DNA of 64,000 nucleotides from an uncultured bacterium (GTDB lineage Bacteria; Chloroflexota; UBA5177; JANWHV01): NCBI GenBank assembly GCA_963827235.1, contig CAWHAE010000009.1, positions 960,001 to 1,024,000 of the forward strand, read 5' to 3'. Shown piece by piece: positions 20,554 to 30,806 of this stretch (position 1 is its first letter; each line of letters starts with the position of its first letter). The notes under the pieces were generated by a model. It saw only the letters and a program-made list of their open reading frames with translations, ran no database searches and was not told where the DNA came from. The position numbers and the translations under genes were made by a program.

Positions 20554-23500
20554 TCAGCGCACGGTGAAATAGGAGCCGCTGCTGCGGCCGAATACCTCCG
20601 GGAAGTAGTCCTGCTGCGCATGTGCAGGCAAGGTGTGGTAGATGCCCTGCGTGGTGCAGTGGATCAGGTAGGTGTACTGGTAGCTGCCGGCCGGCAGATA
20701 GGAGAGAAACAGCACGGTGCGGTCGTCGCGCAGGTCGGTGTGCGTGACGTACCAGGAGAGATCGGTCGTGCCGGCCGGTATCTTCGACGTGTTCTGAATC
20801 TGCGCGAGCTGGCTGGTGGTCTGCAGACTGCTATCCACCGCTTCGGCGCCGGCCGGCAGCGGATCCTCGAGCGTCAGGTAGAAGAGATCCTGGGACGTGG
20901 TCAGGCGAATTTGCACGCGGATGGTGCTCCCGTTCGAGGCGCTTCTGCCGTCCGCGGTGAGGTAGGCGCGGCTCATGGAGAGGCCGGCACCGGCAGCCTC
21001 TATCTGGTCGACCGGGCGGAAGTACCGGAGCCGGATGACGTAGCTCAGGTTGCCGTTGTTGGGCCGCACGTCGCGGGAGAAGGCGATGTTCTGCGTGCTG
21101 CCGGCCGGCATCTCCCTGCCGAGTGACCGCGTGAGCGTGCGGTTCTGGGCCAGATTGGCGGCTCCGACCGAGCCGGATCCCCAGAGCGCGCCGTTGAGCC
21201 GGACCGTGTAGTGGTAGTCGGCGTTGAGCTCGCCGCTGGCGAACACGTAGTCCACGAGACCGCGCACACTGACCGCGGTGGCGTAGCTGCTTTGCCAGGC
21301 ATCGGCCGTGCGTGCGGCCATCAGCCATCGCACGGCGCTCGGAATGAGCGGGCTGTCGGGCTGCGTCTTGACGAGCGCATCGAGGACGGTGGCCGAGGTG
21401 GCAATATCGCTATCGAGATCCGCCCAGTCGTAGCTCGGTTCTTCCCAGTGCACGCTGGCGCCGCTGGTCTTGGCCGCGCTGGTGAGATCCGAGAGCAATC
21501 CGAGGACACGTGCATGGGCGGCGGCGTTGTTGAGTGGCGCGAACACCTGGATAAGCTGCGCTTTTGCATAGGTGGCAAGAAGGTCACGCACGTCGTAGAG
21601 CTGCGCGGCGAGATCGGCGACGTCGGCGGGACGGCCGGCGAGGGTCACGGAGTAGACGAGCGAGGCCTGCAGATTGGCATCGTAGGCCGCGTTGTTGGTG
21701 GCGGCCGGACTCTGCATGTTGGCGATCAGATAGCTGACGGCGTTGTCGAGCACCGACTGCGACACCTTGTAACCGAGGTCGCGGGCGCCGGCCAGGGCTT
21801 CCACCACATACACCGTGATGTAGGGGCTGCTATAGGGGTCGTCGATCCACCAGCCGAACCCGCCATCGCCGTGCTGATCGTCATAGAGACTGCTAAGGCG
21901 GCCGGCAACGTCGGCACCGAGGTGTCCGCGTTCGGCCTTCGTGAGCACGGACGCCCGCGCGGGCAGGCGGCCAAGCTCGGTCTCACCCAGGATCTGGGAT
22001 GCGAGGTCCACGCTGGACTCGTAGGGATAGCGAGCGAGGAAGTCGGCTCCTACGCGCAGACCAGAGGCGAGAGTGGGCTCGAGGATCACGGTCAGGCTGC
22101 CCTCGTTCGGCTCGGCATTGGCGGGGATGCGGACCTGCTCCCGCGTATCCGCGCCGGCCTGGCCCGAGGTAGCCACGGTCTCCGGCGTGCTGTTCTCACG
22201 CACCGGAAGGGCGAGCTGCACGGCGTCGTTGGTGGCCGGATGGCTCGTGTCGACGGCCTCGACCAGCACCGTGGCTGTGCCGAGCGCGGTAATGGTGATC
22301 GGCCAGGTGACGTCCAGCTCGCCGCCGGGCTCGAGCTTGACGAGCTTGTCGCCGATCACGGTCGGGGTGAGCTTGGGCGAGCCGTCGGCCAGCAGCAGGC
22401 GGAGGTGCGCCTCGACGTGCCTGTTCGAGGCGTTGTTGACGGTGGCGCCGATGCGCGCCTTATCGCCCAAGTCGAAGAAGCGAGGGGCAATCGGACGCAG
22501 GAGAAGGTCCTTGGTGGCCATCACGCTGGTAGAAGCGGCACCCACGAGCGAGGAGGCCGTGACGCCCTGGCCGAGGATCTTCCAGGTGGTCGTGTTGTCG
22601 GGCAATGGTACGTCGACGGTTGCACTGCCGTCCGCGCCGGTCACCACGGCGGCGTTCCAGTAGGCAGTGTCCTGGAAGTTCTGGCGAATACTCACTGCCG
22701 GGACGAGGGAGAGCACGACGGGAGACTTGGCCGCGAACACGTTTCCCGGCGCAGAAGCGCTCTGGTTGGCGGAGCGAGCGGCGGAGGGAGTGCTGAGCGC
22801 TTCGCCCCCGGCGCCGTCCGTGGCGTAGGCGTGCCGGTTTGCCAGCACCGTGTGCTTACTGAGCAGCAGCACCGGGCTGAGGTTCAGGGTGTCGGAGGTG
22901 GTTACTCCCAGCTCGCGGTCGCCATAGAACGTGTCCAGGAGGCCACTACCCGTGCCGCTGTTTCCGGTAAGAGCCAGGTTGGCTTCGTCGACCAGACTGA
23001 GGCCGATCTGAGACCGTACCGGCTCACCGGCGTGGTCCACGACCCGGATCTTGATCGGAAGCGTCTGCCCGGGAGCGACCCGCGACTTCGCCGGTGTCAC
23101 GGAAATGCGCAGCGCGCGCTCGGCGGAGTCTACGTGGATGCGAGCATAGCCGAGACGCCAGTCGGGTCGCCCGGTGGCGGCAGATCCTCGTTCGATCACC
23201 ACGCTCACGTAGGTGTCCGGGAGATAGGAGGACTCGACCGGAATGTCCAGCACTGTGGCGGTGCCCGCGAGGCGGCGCACGCTGGAGTTCAGAATGCGCC
23301 CGCGCTCAATCGTAATCAGGGCGGTCGCGTTCGAGTAGGGGGTGGTGACCATGATATGGGCGACGTCACCGCTTTGGTAGGTCCGCTTGTCGGTGATCAG
23401 GCGGATATGTCCCTGCTGCTGCGAGCTCCAGTCGATGGGTGTCTCGCCTCCGGCGTAGATCTCGATAGAGCTTTGCGACGTGTTGCCGTACTTGTCGCGG

Positions 23501-26322
23501 GCGTCTGCCACGATGTGATACTGGCCACCCATTGGCGCGGCGAAGGGAAAAGAGGCCATGCCGTGAGCATCCGTTTTGACCGTGAGAGTCTTCAAGAGAG
23601 TATCCGCCGGCACGTACTGCTGGCTCACCGACCCATCCTCCTGTTTGACGACCACGTTGTGGTAGTCGCGGCGGAAGACGCGAACGCGCACGGGCAAGCG
23701 GTCGACCGGCGTAGTACCGTCGTCGGCGAGGCTGACGACGTGGATACGCTGTGCGGCACCGGGAGCGACAATCTGGTGATCGGCCTGCAGGCCGAGCTGC
23801 ACGGCGCTGCTGAACACGGCGACGCTGGTGCGCCCGGCGACCGGTTGGTTGTCGATGTCCGTGACGTCGGCTTCCACGGAGTAGGATTGGGCCAGCAGAC
23901 CTTTGGGCAGCTTGGCCGGAATGCGCAGAAGGACGGTGCCGTTGGTGCCGGTGGTGGCGTTGCCCTGGTAGAGCGTGTAGGAGGCGCCGCAAGTGGCGCA
24001 GATGGAGACGCCGAAGCCCAGGTCGTCGGCTGCCGGATCGTAGGCGCCGAACGAGTAGTCAGAGACGAGATCGGTGAAGAACGCGTACGTGTAGCCGAGG
24101 ACCGACCAGTGTACCTTGGCGTGCGCGACGGGTCCGCCGAAGTAGTAGCTGACGCCGACGGTAGCGAGGATGGTCTGGCCAAGACTATAGGTGGAGGCCG
24201 GCGTACCGATCGAGACGCTGTAGTTGGGCTCCTTGTATTCGGCTACCTGGAACGAGGCACTGCTCGACTGCGTGCCGATGGCGGCACTGAGACTGTAGTT
24301 GCCGAGCGAGGCGCCGGCGGCCAGGCAGAGGTCGGCGTGAAAGGCGCCGAACGAGTCCAGGAGAACCGTCTTCCTTGCTACCGTCTTTCCGGTGCCATCC
24401 GTGAGCACGAGCCGGACGGGGCCGGTGACAAGGCTATAGCTTGCGTCGTCGTCGGCACGGGCCACACCCCGCACGTGTAACATCTGCCCCGGCCGGTAGA
24501 TGGACCGATCCGTGGCGATGTTCATGCGGATGGCCGGCTGAGAGGAGGCATAGCTGATGCCGAAGTCGTAGGGGCTGATGCCGCTGCTCCACGACGAGCC
24601 GGCGACCACGGCATCGCCGGATCGCGCGGCGGCGACCACGATCTGGCCGTACTGCAGTAAGCTCTGCGCGTAACCGGAGAACTGGAGCGTGGCCAGACCC
24701 CGGGCATTGGTGGTGGCGCGGCCGAGCACGAGGTCGACCGACTGGCTGTCAGGCGCCGAGGTGCGCCAGAGCCGCGGCAGAAACTCGCGCGGCAGCGTCG
24801 ACTGAGAGAGGTTCGTGGCCAGAACCTGCACCGGCAGATTGGCGATCGGAGCGCCGGTTTTCAGATCGGTCGCCCATACCAGTACCTGGTCGTGCGAGAC
24901 CTTGATCGTGAGGCCGGTGCGCGTGACGAGCAGGAGCTCGACGTCGCGCGCGTCGGCGGACGCGTTGGAGGTGGCGACCACGAGATAGTATCCCGGGGCC
25001 AAGGCCTTGTGGCCGGGCAGATCGGCGACCACCTGCAAGGGGATAGTCTTGTTGAGCGGCGCGTCCGGTCGCACGACGATGTCACCGACCTCCTGGCCGC
25101 CGGCCACGGTGCCGGTCGTGAGGTCGTAGACGTCGCTCATATCGTCGACGAACGTCTGCTGATCCAGCGTGTACAGGGTGAAGTCGACCGTGCCGGGGTT
25201 GACGGCCTGCAAGCTGAGGGTAATGGGCCGGGTGGCTTCGTACACGGCCACGCTGCCGGAGACGAAGTAGAGCTGCGGCGGGAGAGACGCGCTCACGAAA
25301 TGCAGCGTGAACGGCCTACCCAGCGTATCGCCCGCACGGGCACGCAGGCCGGCCCGGATGCCGATCGTGTAGGCGGTGGAGGGTGCGAACTGCCCGTAGA
25401 TGTGCAGGGAGAGGTCGTCGTCTCCCTCGGTGACGTAGCGGTTGGGCACGTCGGGCGAGAGGCGCAGGTTGGTAAGGGCAGACTTCTCGTCGATCGGGGC
25501 ATTGAACTCGACGATCACGCCGTCGCCTGTATCGGCGTCGCTAGAATTGGCGGCCGGGGTCGTGCCGACCACGTGCAGATACGGCGCCACGGCGAAGCTC
25601 CAGGTAAGGGAGGTGGGCATGGGAAGCGGCCCCTCGGCGGAGCGCGCACCGGCGTCGAGCCGGGCCGTGTACATGGCACTGCGCGTCAGCGCGTGCAGGG
25701 GCCTGAAGCGCAACGCGCCCGCGGACCACGAGAAGACGCCGGGCACGGACTTGCCCGTCGCGTCTCGGAGGTGAAAGGCGCTCTGAACGCTCGCGTGATC
25801 CATCTGCTGGTTGAAGATGAGGGAGACGGCCGGATCCGGGAGCGCGTACTGGTAACCATCGGCAGGATACACGTCGACCAGACGCGGCAGCACGGTAGTG
25901 AACGACCACGCATAGGTTGACTGGAGGCGCGTGCCATCGATCGCCTTGAGGCCGGCGGCGATGCTCAGCCGATACGTGGTGGCGGCATGAAGGTACTTGG
26001 CGTTCCACGCATAGATCGAGCTCGTCACCCACCTGCCGCTGCCCCGGAGCGCGGGAATGCTGTGTAGGGGAGCGAGCGCGGGAGACTCGCCAAGCGCGGT
26101 GAGCGCCGCCACAGGGCGGTCGAACGCCACCATGATGGTGGTCGCCGCGGCGACGCCGCCGGTCGAGGGCGCGGGCGAGACGGCTCGAACGGAGAGGTCG
26201 GGCGACGCTATCGCGCCGGCGTGCGAGGCGTGTCCGGGCGGGAAACCGCCGAGGAGCAGGATGGGAAGCAGCAAGAGCGCGATGAAGCGCTTGGCCGGCG
26301 ACTGTCGGTCCTGGGTCGGCAT
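20554..26322 (-). CDS. Bacterial alpha-2-macroglobulin family protein with N-terminal Ig-like (Big_5-type) domains
   Basis: TDRSIYRPGQ, FQVAEYKEP, LVDEANLAL, IRQNFQDTAYW, LPDNTTTW, QHGDGGFGWW and EDPLPAGAE. Signal peptide and GGAGG RBS. Confidence 0.93.
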   Translation of the reverse strand: MPTQDRQSPAKRFIALLLLPILLLGGFPPGHASHAGAIASPDLSVRAVSPAPSTGGVAAATTIMVAFDRPVAALTALGESPALAPLHSIPALRGSGRWVTSSIYAWNAKYLHAATTYRLSIAAGLKAIDGTRLQSTYAWSFTTVLPRLVDVYPADGYQYALPDPAVSLIFNQQMDHASVQSAFHLRDATGKSVPGVFSWSAGALRFRPLHALTRSAMYTARLDAGARSAEGPLPMPTSLTWSFAVAPYLHVVGTTPAANSSDADTGDGVIVEFNAPIDEKSALTNLRLSPDVPNRYVTEGDDDLSLHIYGQFAPSTAYTIGIRAGLRARAGDTLGRPFTLHFVSASLPPQLYFVSGSVAVYEATRPITLSLQAVNPGTVDFTLYTLDQQTFVDDMSDVYDLTTGTVAGGQEVGDIVVRPDAPLNKTIPLQVVADLPGHKALAPGYYLVVATSNASADARDVELLLVTRTGLTIKVSHDQVLVWATDLKTGAPIANLPVQVLATNLSQSTLPREFLPRLWRTSAPDSQSVDLVLGRATTNARGLATLQFSGYAQSLLQYGQIVVAAARSGDAVVAGSSWSSGISPYDFGISYASSQPAIRMNIATDRSIYRPGQMLHVRGVARADDDASYSLVTGPVRLVLTDGTGKTVARKTVLLDSFGAFHADLCLAAGASLGNYSLSAAIGTQSSSASFQVAEYKEPNYSVSIGTPASTYSLGQTILATVGVSYYFGGPVAHAKVHWSVLGYTYAFFTDLVSDYSFGAYDPAADDLGFGVSICATCGASYTLYQGNATTGTNGTVLLRIPAKLPKGLLAQSYSVEADVTDIDNQPVAGRTSVAVFSSAVQLGLQADHQIVAPGAAQRIHVVSLADDGTTPVDRLPVRVRVFRRDYHNVVVKQEDGSVSQQYVPADTLLKTLTVKTDAHGMASFPFAAPMGGQYHIVADARDKYGNTSQSSIEIYAGGETPIDWSSQQQGHIRLITDKRTYQSGDVAHIMVTTPYSNATALITIERGRILNSSVRRLAGTATVLDIPVESSYLPDTYVSVVIERGSAATGRPDWRLGYARIHVDSAERALRISVTPAKSRVAPGQTLPIKIRVVDHAGEPVRSQIGLSLVDEANLALTGNSGTGSGLLDTFYGDRELGVTTSDTLNLSPVLLLSKHTVLANRHAYATDGAGGEALSTPSAARSANQSASAPGNVFAAKSPVVLSLVPAVSIRQNFQDTAYWNAAVVTGADGSATVDVPLPDNTTTWKILGQGVTASSLVGAASTSVMATKDLLLRPIAPRFFDLGDKARIGATVNNASNRHVEAHLRLLLADGSPKLTPTVIGDKLVKLEPGGELDVTWPITITALGTATVLVEAVDTSHPATNDAVQLALPVRENSTPETVATSGQAGADTREQVRIPANAEPNEGSLTVILEPTLASGLRVGADFLARYPYESSVDLASQILGETELGRLPARASVLTKAERGHLGADVAGRLSSLYDDQHGDGGFGWWIDDPYSSPYITVYVVEALAGARDLGYKVSQSVLDNAVSYLIANMQSPAATNNAAYDANLQASLVYSVTLAGRPADVADLAAQLYDVRDLLATYAKAQLIQVFAPLNNAAAHARVLGLLSDLTSAAKTSGASVHWEEPSYDWADLDSDIATSATVLDALVKTQPDSPLIPSAVRWLMAARTADAWQSSYATAVSVRGLVDYVFASGELNADYHYTVRLNGALWGSGSVGAANLAQNRTLTRSLGREMPAGSTQNIAFSRDVRPNNGNLSYVIRLRYFRPVDQIEAAGAGLSMSRAYLTADGRSASNGSTIRVQIRLTTSQDLFYLTLEDPLPAGAEAVDSSLQTTSQLAQIQNTSKIPAGTTDLSWYVTHTDLRDDRTVLFLSYLPAGSYQYTYLIHCTTQGIYHTLPAHAQQDYFPEVFGRSSGSYFTVR

Positions 26323-26476
26323 TGACGGATCCTCCACTGCATCAGGGCGGCTGCCCGGCGGGCATCCGCGGCCGGGTGCCTTACGCACATCTATGCGAAG
26401 AACGCGGCGATGGCGGCGAACGTAACGAGGTCTCGTCGTCTCAGCCCATCACGTTCCACCGGCCAGGGGTGTCAAG

Positions 26477-26898
26477 TCAGCAACCGTCGTCGGCAAGGTG
26501 GTGCAGCACCGCGAACCGGGTTGCCGCGGCGCACGACGAGACGCCGAGCTTGTTGTAGATGGCGTGCAGATGCTGCTCTACGGTGCGGGGACTGAGCACC
26601 AACCTTTCGGCCACCCCAGCGCTGGAAAGGCCCTCGGCCACGAGCGGCAACACTTCTACCTCGCGCATGCTCAGACCGGCTGGATAGGCCGAGGAGGTTG
26701 CATGCTGTCCGAGCCTGGCCCTGAGCCCGGCAAGCTGCGTCAGGGCAGATTGCGCACCAAGGGGCTCGAGGATGGCGGCCGACTGCTTCAGGTATGCAGC
26801 GATATCGTCCGTCTCTCGCCCGGCTATGCAGAGCTCAGCCAGCGCCAACAAGGTCAGCGCCTCCTCGTACGGGGTTGCGCAGGAGCGTGCCAGGCTAA
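26477..26898 (-). pseudogene. 3' part of a LuxR/MalT-type TPR-HTH regulator, interrupted by IS630
   Basis: LuxR HTH LSMREVEVLPLVAEGLSSAGVAERLVLSPRTVEQHLHAIYNKLGV. It joins in frame to the part beyond 31454 when the IS is removed (HLEASLSLARSCATPYEEALTLLALAEL). Confidence 0.88.
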
Positions 26899-26981
26899 GT
26901 GGTCGCTTTCACAATGAGTTGTAGGGTGTGTGGTATGGTGAGAGGCATCACGCTATCCGCGACCAACGAGACGGACCGAGC

Positions 26982-27950
26982 ATGCCTGGACCGCTTCCCC
27001 ACTACCAGCCCGTCTTCACCGACGAGCAGATTGCTGCGTGCTTGCGCCTTGTGCGCCAGCGCACGGCACCGCAAGCACAGGTGTACCGCGCCAAGTTGGC
27101 GCTGCTGCTGCACGCCCAGCCGGCCCTGGATAACCCGAGCGCCGGACGGCTGGTGGGCAAGCACGAGAACTGGGTGCGCTACTGGCGGCGCACCTGGGCC
27201 ATCGAGGGCTTTCGCCTGGCGGACAAGCCAGGCAGCGGGCGCAAGCCCCGGTTTTCCCCCTCTGGCCAGAGCCACGGTGACGGCGCTGGCCTGCGAGCTG
27301 CCGGCCCAGCGCGGTGAACCGCTCAGCCGCTACAGTATGGCCGAGATCGCCCGTCTGATTCGGGCGCACCCGGATGCGCCGCCGATGAGCCAGAGTACGA
27401 TCTGGCGCATTCTGGACCGCGATGCCCTCAAGCCCTGGCGCTACCGCAGTTGGATCTTCCCGCGCGACCCGCAGTTTGCGGCGAAGGCCGGGCGCGTCCT
27501 GGACCTGTACGCCGGCTTCTGGGAGGGCCAGCCGCTGGAGCCTGCAGACTGCATCCTCAGCGCAGACGAAAAGACGAGCATTCAGGCGCGTATCCGGCGT
27601 CATGCCAGTCTGCCGCCGTCGCCGCAGCAGGGCACGCAACCGGGCCGGCCCAGCTACGTCGAGCAGGAGTACCGGCGCGGTGGTGCTCTGGCCTACCTGG
27701 CGGCCTGGGACGTGCGGCGCGGGCACATCAGCGGGCGCTGCGAGGCCACCACCGGCAAAGCCCCCTTCGGCCGGCTGGTCGACCAGCTCATGCAGCAGGA
27801 ACCCTACCGCTCGGCGCCTCGCGTCTTCTGGGTCGTGGACAACGGCTCCAGCCATCGCGGTGCCCGGGCGCAGCGGGAACTGGCGGCCCGCTATCCCAAC
27901 CTGATCCTGGTCCATCTGCCTACCCACGCATCCTGGCTCAACCAAATCGA
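26982..27950 (+). CDS. IS630 transposase, 5' part (HTH orfA plus DDE orfB; +1 frame change at TTTTCCCCC 27252-27260), interrupted
   Basis: orfA MPGPLPHY..LADKPGSGRKPRFSP. orfB ALACELP..SADEKTSIQ..VVDNGSSH..HASWLNQIE. Confidence 0.92.
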
Positions 27951-28525
27951 ACCAAGACCAAGCCATTGCAGGGACGCTGCCTAGTGGTGATAAGCTACTG
28001 GGCTATACCATAGTCCAATATCCCGGTCATCCCCTCGCTGGCCGCAGCGTCCCCGTGGTACGGCGCTACGGTCGCCGCGAGCGAGGGCAGTGGGTGATCG
28101 AACTGCCGGATGGCAGCCGGCAATACCTTCCCGCCTCCTGGTGTTCGCCGCTCGTTGCGGCAGAAGGAGCGCTTCCTGTGCCCGCATCGTCCCCGGATGA
28201 ATCGTCCGATGGTGGTGCCCGTCCGCTGCTGAGCGTGACCGCGCTGCGTGACCTGGCTGCCCTGGTGCGTCGCCTGCAGGAGGCGGCAGCCCCGCGTGGA
28301 GAGGAGCAGGGCGATGCAGGGGACGCAGGAGTGGCCGTGCCCGGAAGCGAACGAGCGGACGGGCGTGGTGAGCAGCGGGAGCGGGGTGGTGGCGTTGCCG
28401 AACTGGGAGAGCTTCCAGGAGGCGGACCGGCGCCAGCTGGTGCAGACCATCCTGCACGTGGCGCGTCGGCAGGTGGAGCAAGCGGGCCCGGCAGACCGAC
28501 TCCGCGGAAAGTGAGGCAGCCGTGA
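27950..28525 (+). CDS. Element ORF1 (DUF5372 / Y4bD-like small protein); frame open to the left junction, predicted start supplied by the right end
   Basis: No stop between 27950 and 28525. The family-like segment IVQYPGHPLAGRSVPVVRR..ELPDGSRQYLPASWC begins upstream of the first GTG (28055). The stop overlaps the recombinase start (GTGA). The family assignment is from memory. Confidence 0.65.
   Translation, partial: NQDQAIAGTLPSGDKLLGYTIVQYPGHPLAGRSVPVVRRYGRRERGQWVIELPDGSRQYLPASWCSPLVAAEGALPVPASSPDESSDGGARPLLSVTALRDLAALVRRLQEAAAPRGEEQGDAGDAGVAVPGSERADGRGEQRERGGGVAELGELPGGGPAPAGADHPARGASAGGASGPGRPTPRKVRQP
28248..28514 (+). CDS. Possible small overlapping element ORF2 (true start probably about 28366)
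   Basis: Amphipathic helical segment LPNWESFQEADRRQLVQTILHVARRQV, ending 7 nt before the recombinase. Confidence 0.4.
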   Translation: MTWLPWCVACRRRQPRVERSRAMQGTQEWPCPEANERTGVVSSGSGVVALPNWESFQEADRRQLVQTILHVARRQVEQAGPADRLRGK

Positions 28526-30783
28526 GCGCGAACACAGCGGCAGGCGCGGTGTGGGACCAGGTGGCGGCAGGTACGGCCGATCCCAAAGTCCGGGCCCAGC
28601 ACCTGGGCCGCCAGGCGCTGATCTACGTGCGCCAATCCAGTCCCAACCAGGTACAACGCCACCCCGAAAGCGCGCGCCGGCAATATGGGTTGGTCGAGCG
28701 AGCCGCCCAGTTGGGCTGGCCACGCGATCAGATTGTGGTCATCGATGAGGACCAGGGCAAGAGCGGCGCGGGCAGCGCCGCCAGCCAGGGTCGTGATGGC
28801 TTTGCCCGGCTGGCCGCTGCCGTCAGCCTGGGTGAGGTCGGCTTAGTGCTGGCGCTGGAGGTGGCCCGGCTGGCGCGCAATTCGGCGGAGTGGTATCGCT
28901 TGCTCGAACTCGCCGGCTACAGCGGCACCCTGATCGCCGACGAGGCGACCGTCTACGATCCTCGGCTCTTCAATGACCGCCTGCTCTTGGGCCTGCGGGG
29001 AACGATCAGCGAGGTGGAACTGCATTGCATCCAGGAGCGCCTCCACGGCGCCCGCATGAGCAAGGCACAGCGCGGAGACTTACCGATCCGCCTGCCTGCT
29101 GGCTACCTGGCGGACCACGCCGGCCGCGTCGAACTCGATCCCGACCAGGAAGTGCAAGGGGCGATACGGACGATCTTCGCCCAATTTGAGGGGCTGGGCA
29201 CCGTCACCGCCGTGCTGCACTTCTTCACCGCGCACGGGCTGCTGGTGCCCCGGCGCCGCTGGCACGCCGAGAGCGGGTCGCAGATCGTGTGGATGCGGCC
29301 CAGCTACCAGGCATTGCACACGGTGCTCACCAATCCCGTCTATGCCGGGGCCTACGTCTACGGGCAGCGCGGACCGGCCGCGGATCTGGGGGCGCCAAAG
29401 CGGCGCCACCGGTATGCCGCGGAGGAAGCGGCGGTGCTGCTGCGCGACCACCACCCCGCGTATATTAGCTGGGAACGCTTTCTCGCCACGCGGGCAACCC
29501 TGCAGGACAATGCCAGCCAGTTCCCCGCGAGCAGAGGCGCACCGCGGCGCGGGCATGGTCTCTTGCAAGGCCTCGTGGTCTGCGGCCGGTGTGGCTGCCG
29601 CATGCGGCTGCAGTACGGCGACACCAGCACTGCGTACGTCTGCATCACGCGGCATCAACGCTACGGGGAGCCGCTCTGCCAGAGCCTGACCATGGACCAC
29701 GTCGACCGCGCCGTCAGCGAGGCGTTCCTAGCGGTCATCGCGCCGGCACAGGTCGCGGCGGCCCTGGCGCTGGCGGAAGACGTGGAGCGCGACCGGGCTG
29801 CTGCCCAGCGCCAATGGGAGTTGCGGCTGGAGCGGGCTCGCTACGAGGCCGAACGGGCCTTCCGGCAGTACGACCTCTGCGAGCCGGAGAACCGGCTGGT
29901 GGCGCGGGAGCTGGAAGGGCGCTGGAATGGCACGCTGCGCGAGGTGAGTGCGCTCGAGGCACAGTACCGGCAGGAGCAGGACCGCAGCCTGGCGCCGCTC
30001 ACCCCCGCAGAACAGACCGCGATCTGGCAGCTCGTGGGCGACATGCGTGCCCTCTGGGCGGCAACGCAGACGACCATGGAGGATCGCAAGCGCCTGCTGC
30101 GCTGTCTCATCCGCGAGGTGGTGCTTCTGCGCGACGACCGGCCCAGAGCGACGGGTGGCCTGACGACCATCCGCATTGGCTGGTGCAGCGGCGCCTGGAG
30201 CACCCTGCAGGTGCACCGGCCCGGCAGTGGCGATGCCGCCAACACGCCGGAGGCCGTCCTGAGCCGGATTCGGGGGCTGGCGCAGGACCATGCCGACGAT
30301 CAAGTCGCCCGGATCCTGAATGCGGAAGGTCTGCAAACGCGGCAAGGTCTGCCCTGGACCTACCTGCGGGTGCAGCAGGTCCGCCTGCGCCACCGCATCC
30401 CGACCGCCTGTCCGATCGTACCGCGCGACGGCGGCCCTCGCGGCGATGGTCTGGTGCCGGCGGGTACCGTCGCCGCCCAACTGGGCGTGGCGCGATCGGT
30501 GGTGGCGGAGTGGTGCCGGTGCGGCTTTCTGCGCGCCGAGCAGAAGGCGAGACTGGATCCCCGCTGGATCCAGCTCACCGCGGAGGACCGGGCGCGTCTG
30601 GACGGGACGCTGGCCGCGCAGGGCTACGGCCAGTGGCGGATCCGTGACGCCCAGCAGGTGCTCGGGCTGAACGCCGAGGCGCTGTACGCGCAGGTGCGAG
30701 CAGGCCAGCTGGTGGCCTATCGCGCGCACGTCGGGGCGCACTGGGAGTGGCGGGTCGGTCCGGCCACGCCGCCTGAACCGTAA
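28522..30783 (+). CDS. Large serine recombinase (resolvase, recombinase, zinc ribbon, coiled coil and extra HTH domains)
   Basis: Catalytic IYVRQSS, IDEDQGKSG, EVARLARN, LTNPVYAGAYVYG, LLQGLVVCGRCG and EPENRLVARELE. Confidence 0.95.
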   Translation: MSANTAAGAVWDQVAAGTADPKVRAQHLGRQALIYVRQSSPNQVQRHPESARRQYGLVERAAQLGWPRDQIVVIDEDQGKSGAGSAASQGRDGFARLAAAVSLGEVGLVLALEVARLARNSAEWYRLLELAGYSGTLIADEATVYDPRLFNDRLLLGLRGTISEVELHCIQERLHGARMSKAQRGDLPIRLPAGYLADHAGRVELDPDQEVQGAIRTIFAQFEGLGTVTAVLHFFTAHGLLVPRRRWHAESGSQIVWMRPSYQALHTVLTNPVYAGAYVYGQRGPAADLGAPKRRHRYAAEEAAVLLRDHHPAYISWERFLATRATLQDNASQFPASRGAPRRGHGLLQGLVVCGRCGCRMRLQYGDTSTAYVCITRHQRYGEPLCQSLTMDHVDRAVSEAFLAVIAPAQVAAALALAEDVERDRAAAQRQWELRLERARYEAERAFRQYDLCEPENRLVARELEGRWNGTLREVSALEAQYRQEQDRSLAPLTPAEQTAIWQLVGDMRALWAATQTTMEDRKRLLRCLIREVVLLRDDRPRATGGLTTIRIGWCSGAWSTLQVHRPGSGDAANTPEAVLSRIRGLAQDHADDQVARILNAEGLQTRQGLPWTYLRVQQVRLRHRIPTACPIVPRDGGPRGDGLVPAGTVAAQLGVARSVVAEWCRCGFLRAEQKARLDPRWIQLTAEDRARLDGTLAAQGYGQWRIRDAQQVLGLNAEALYAQVRAGQLVAYRAHVGAHWEWRVGPATPPEP

Positions 30784-30806
30784 CGTGACGCATCAGGGAG
30801 ACCGCC

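Noticed and set aside
21211-24480. 1089-aa + strand ORF (and similar long ORFs at 16595, 32501 and 35380)
   Set aside because: Antisense shadows of real high-GC genes, with no recognisable motifs.
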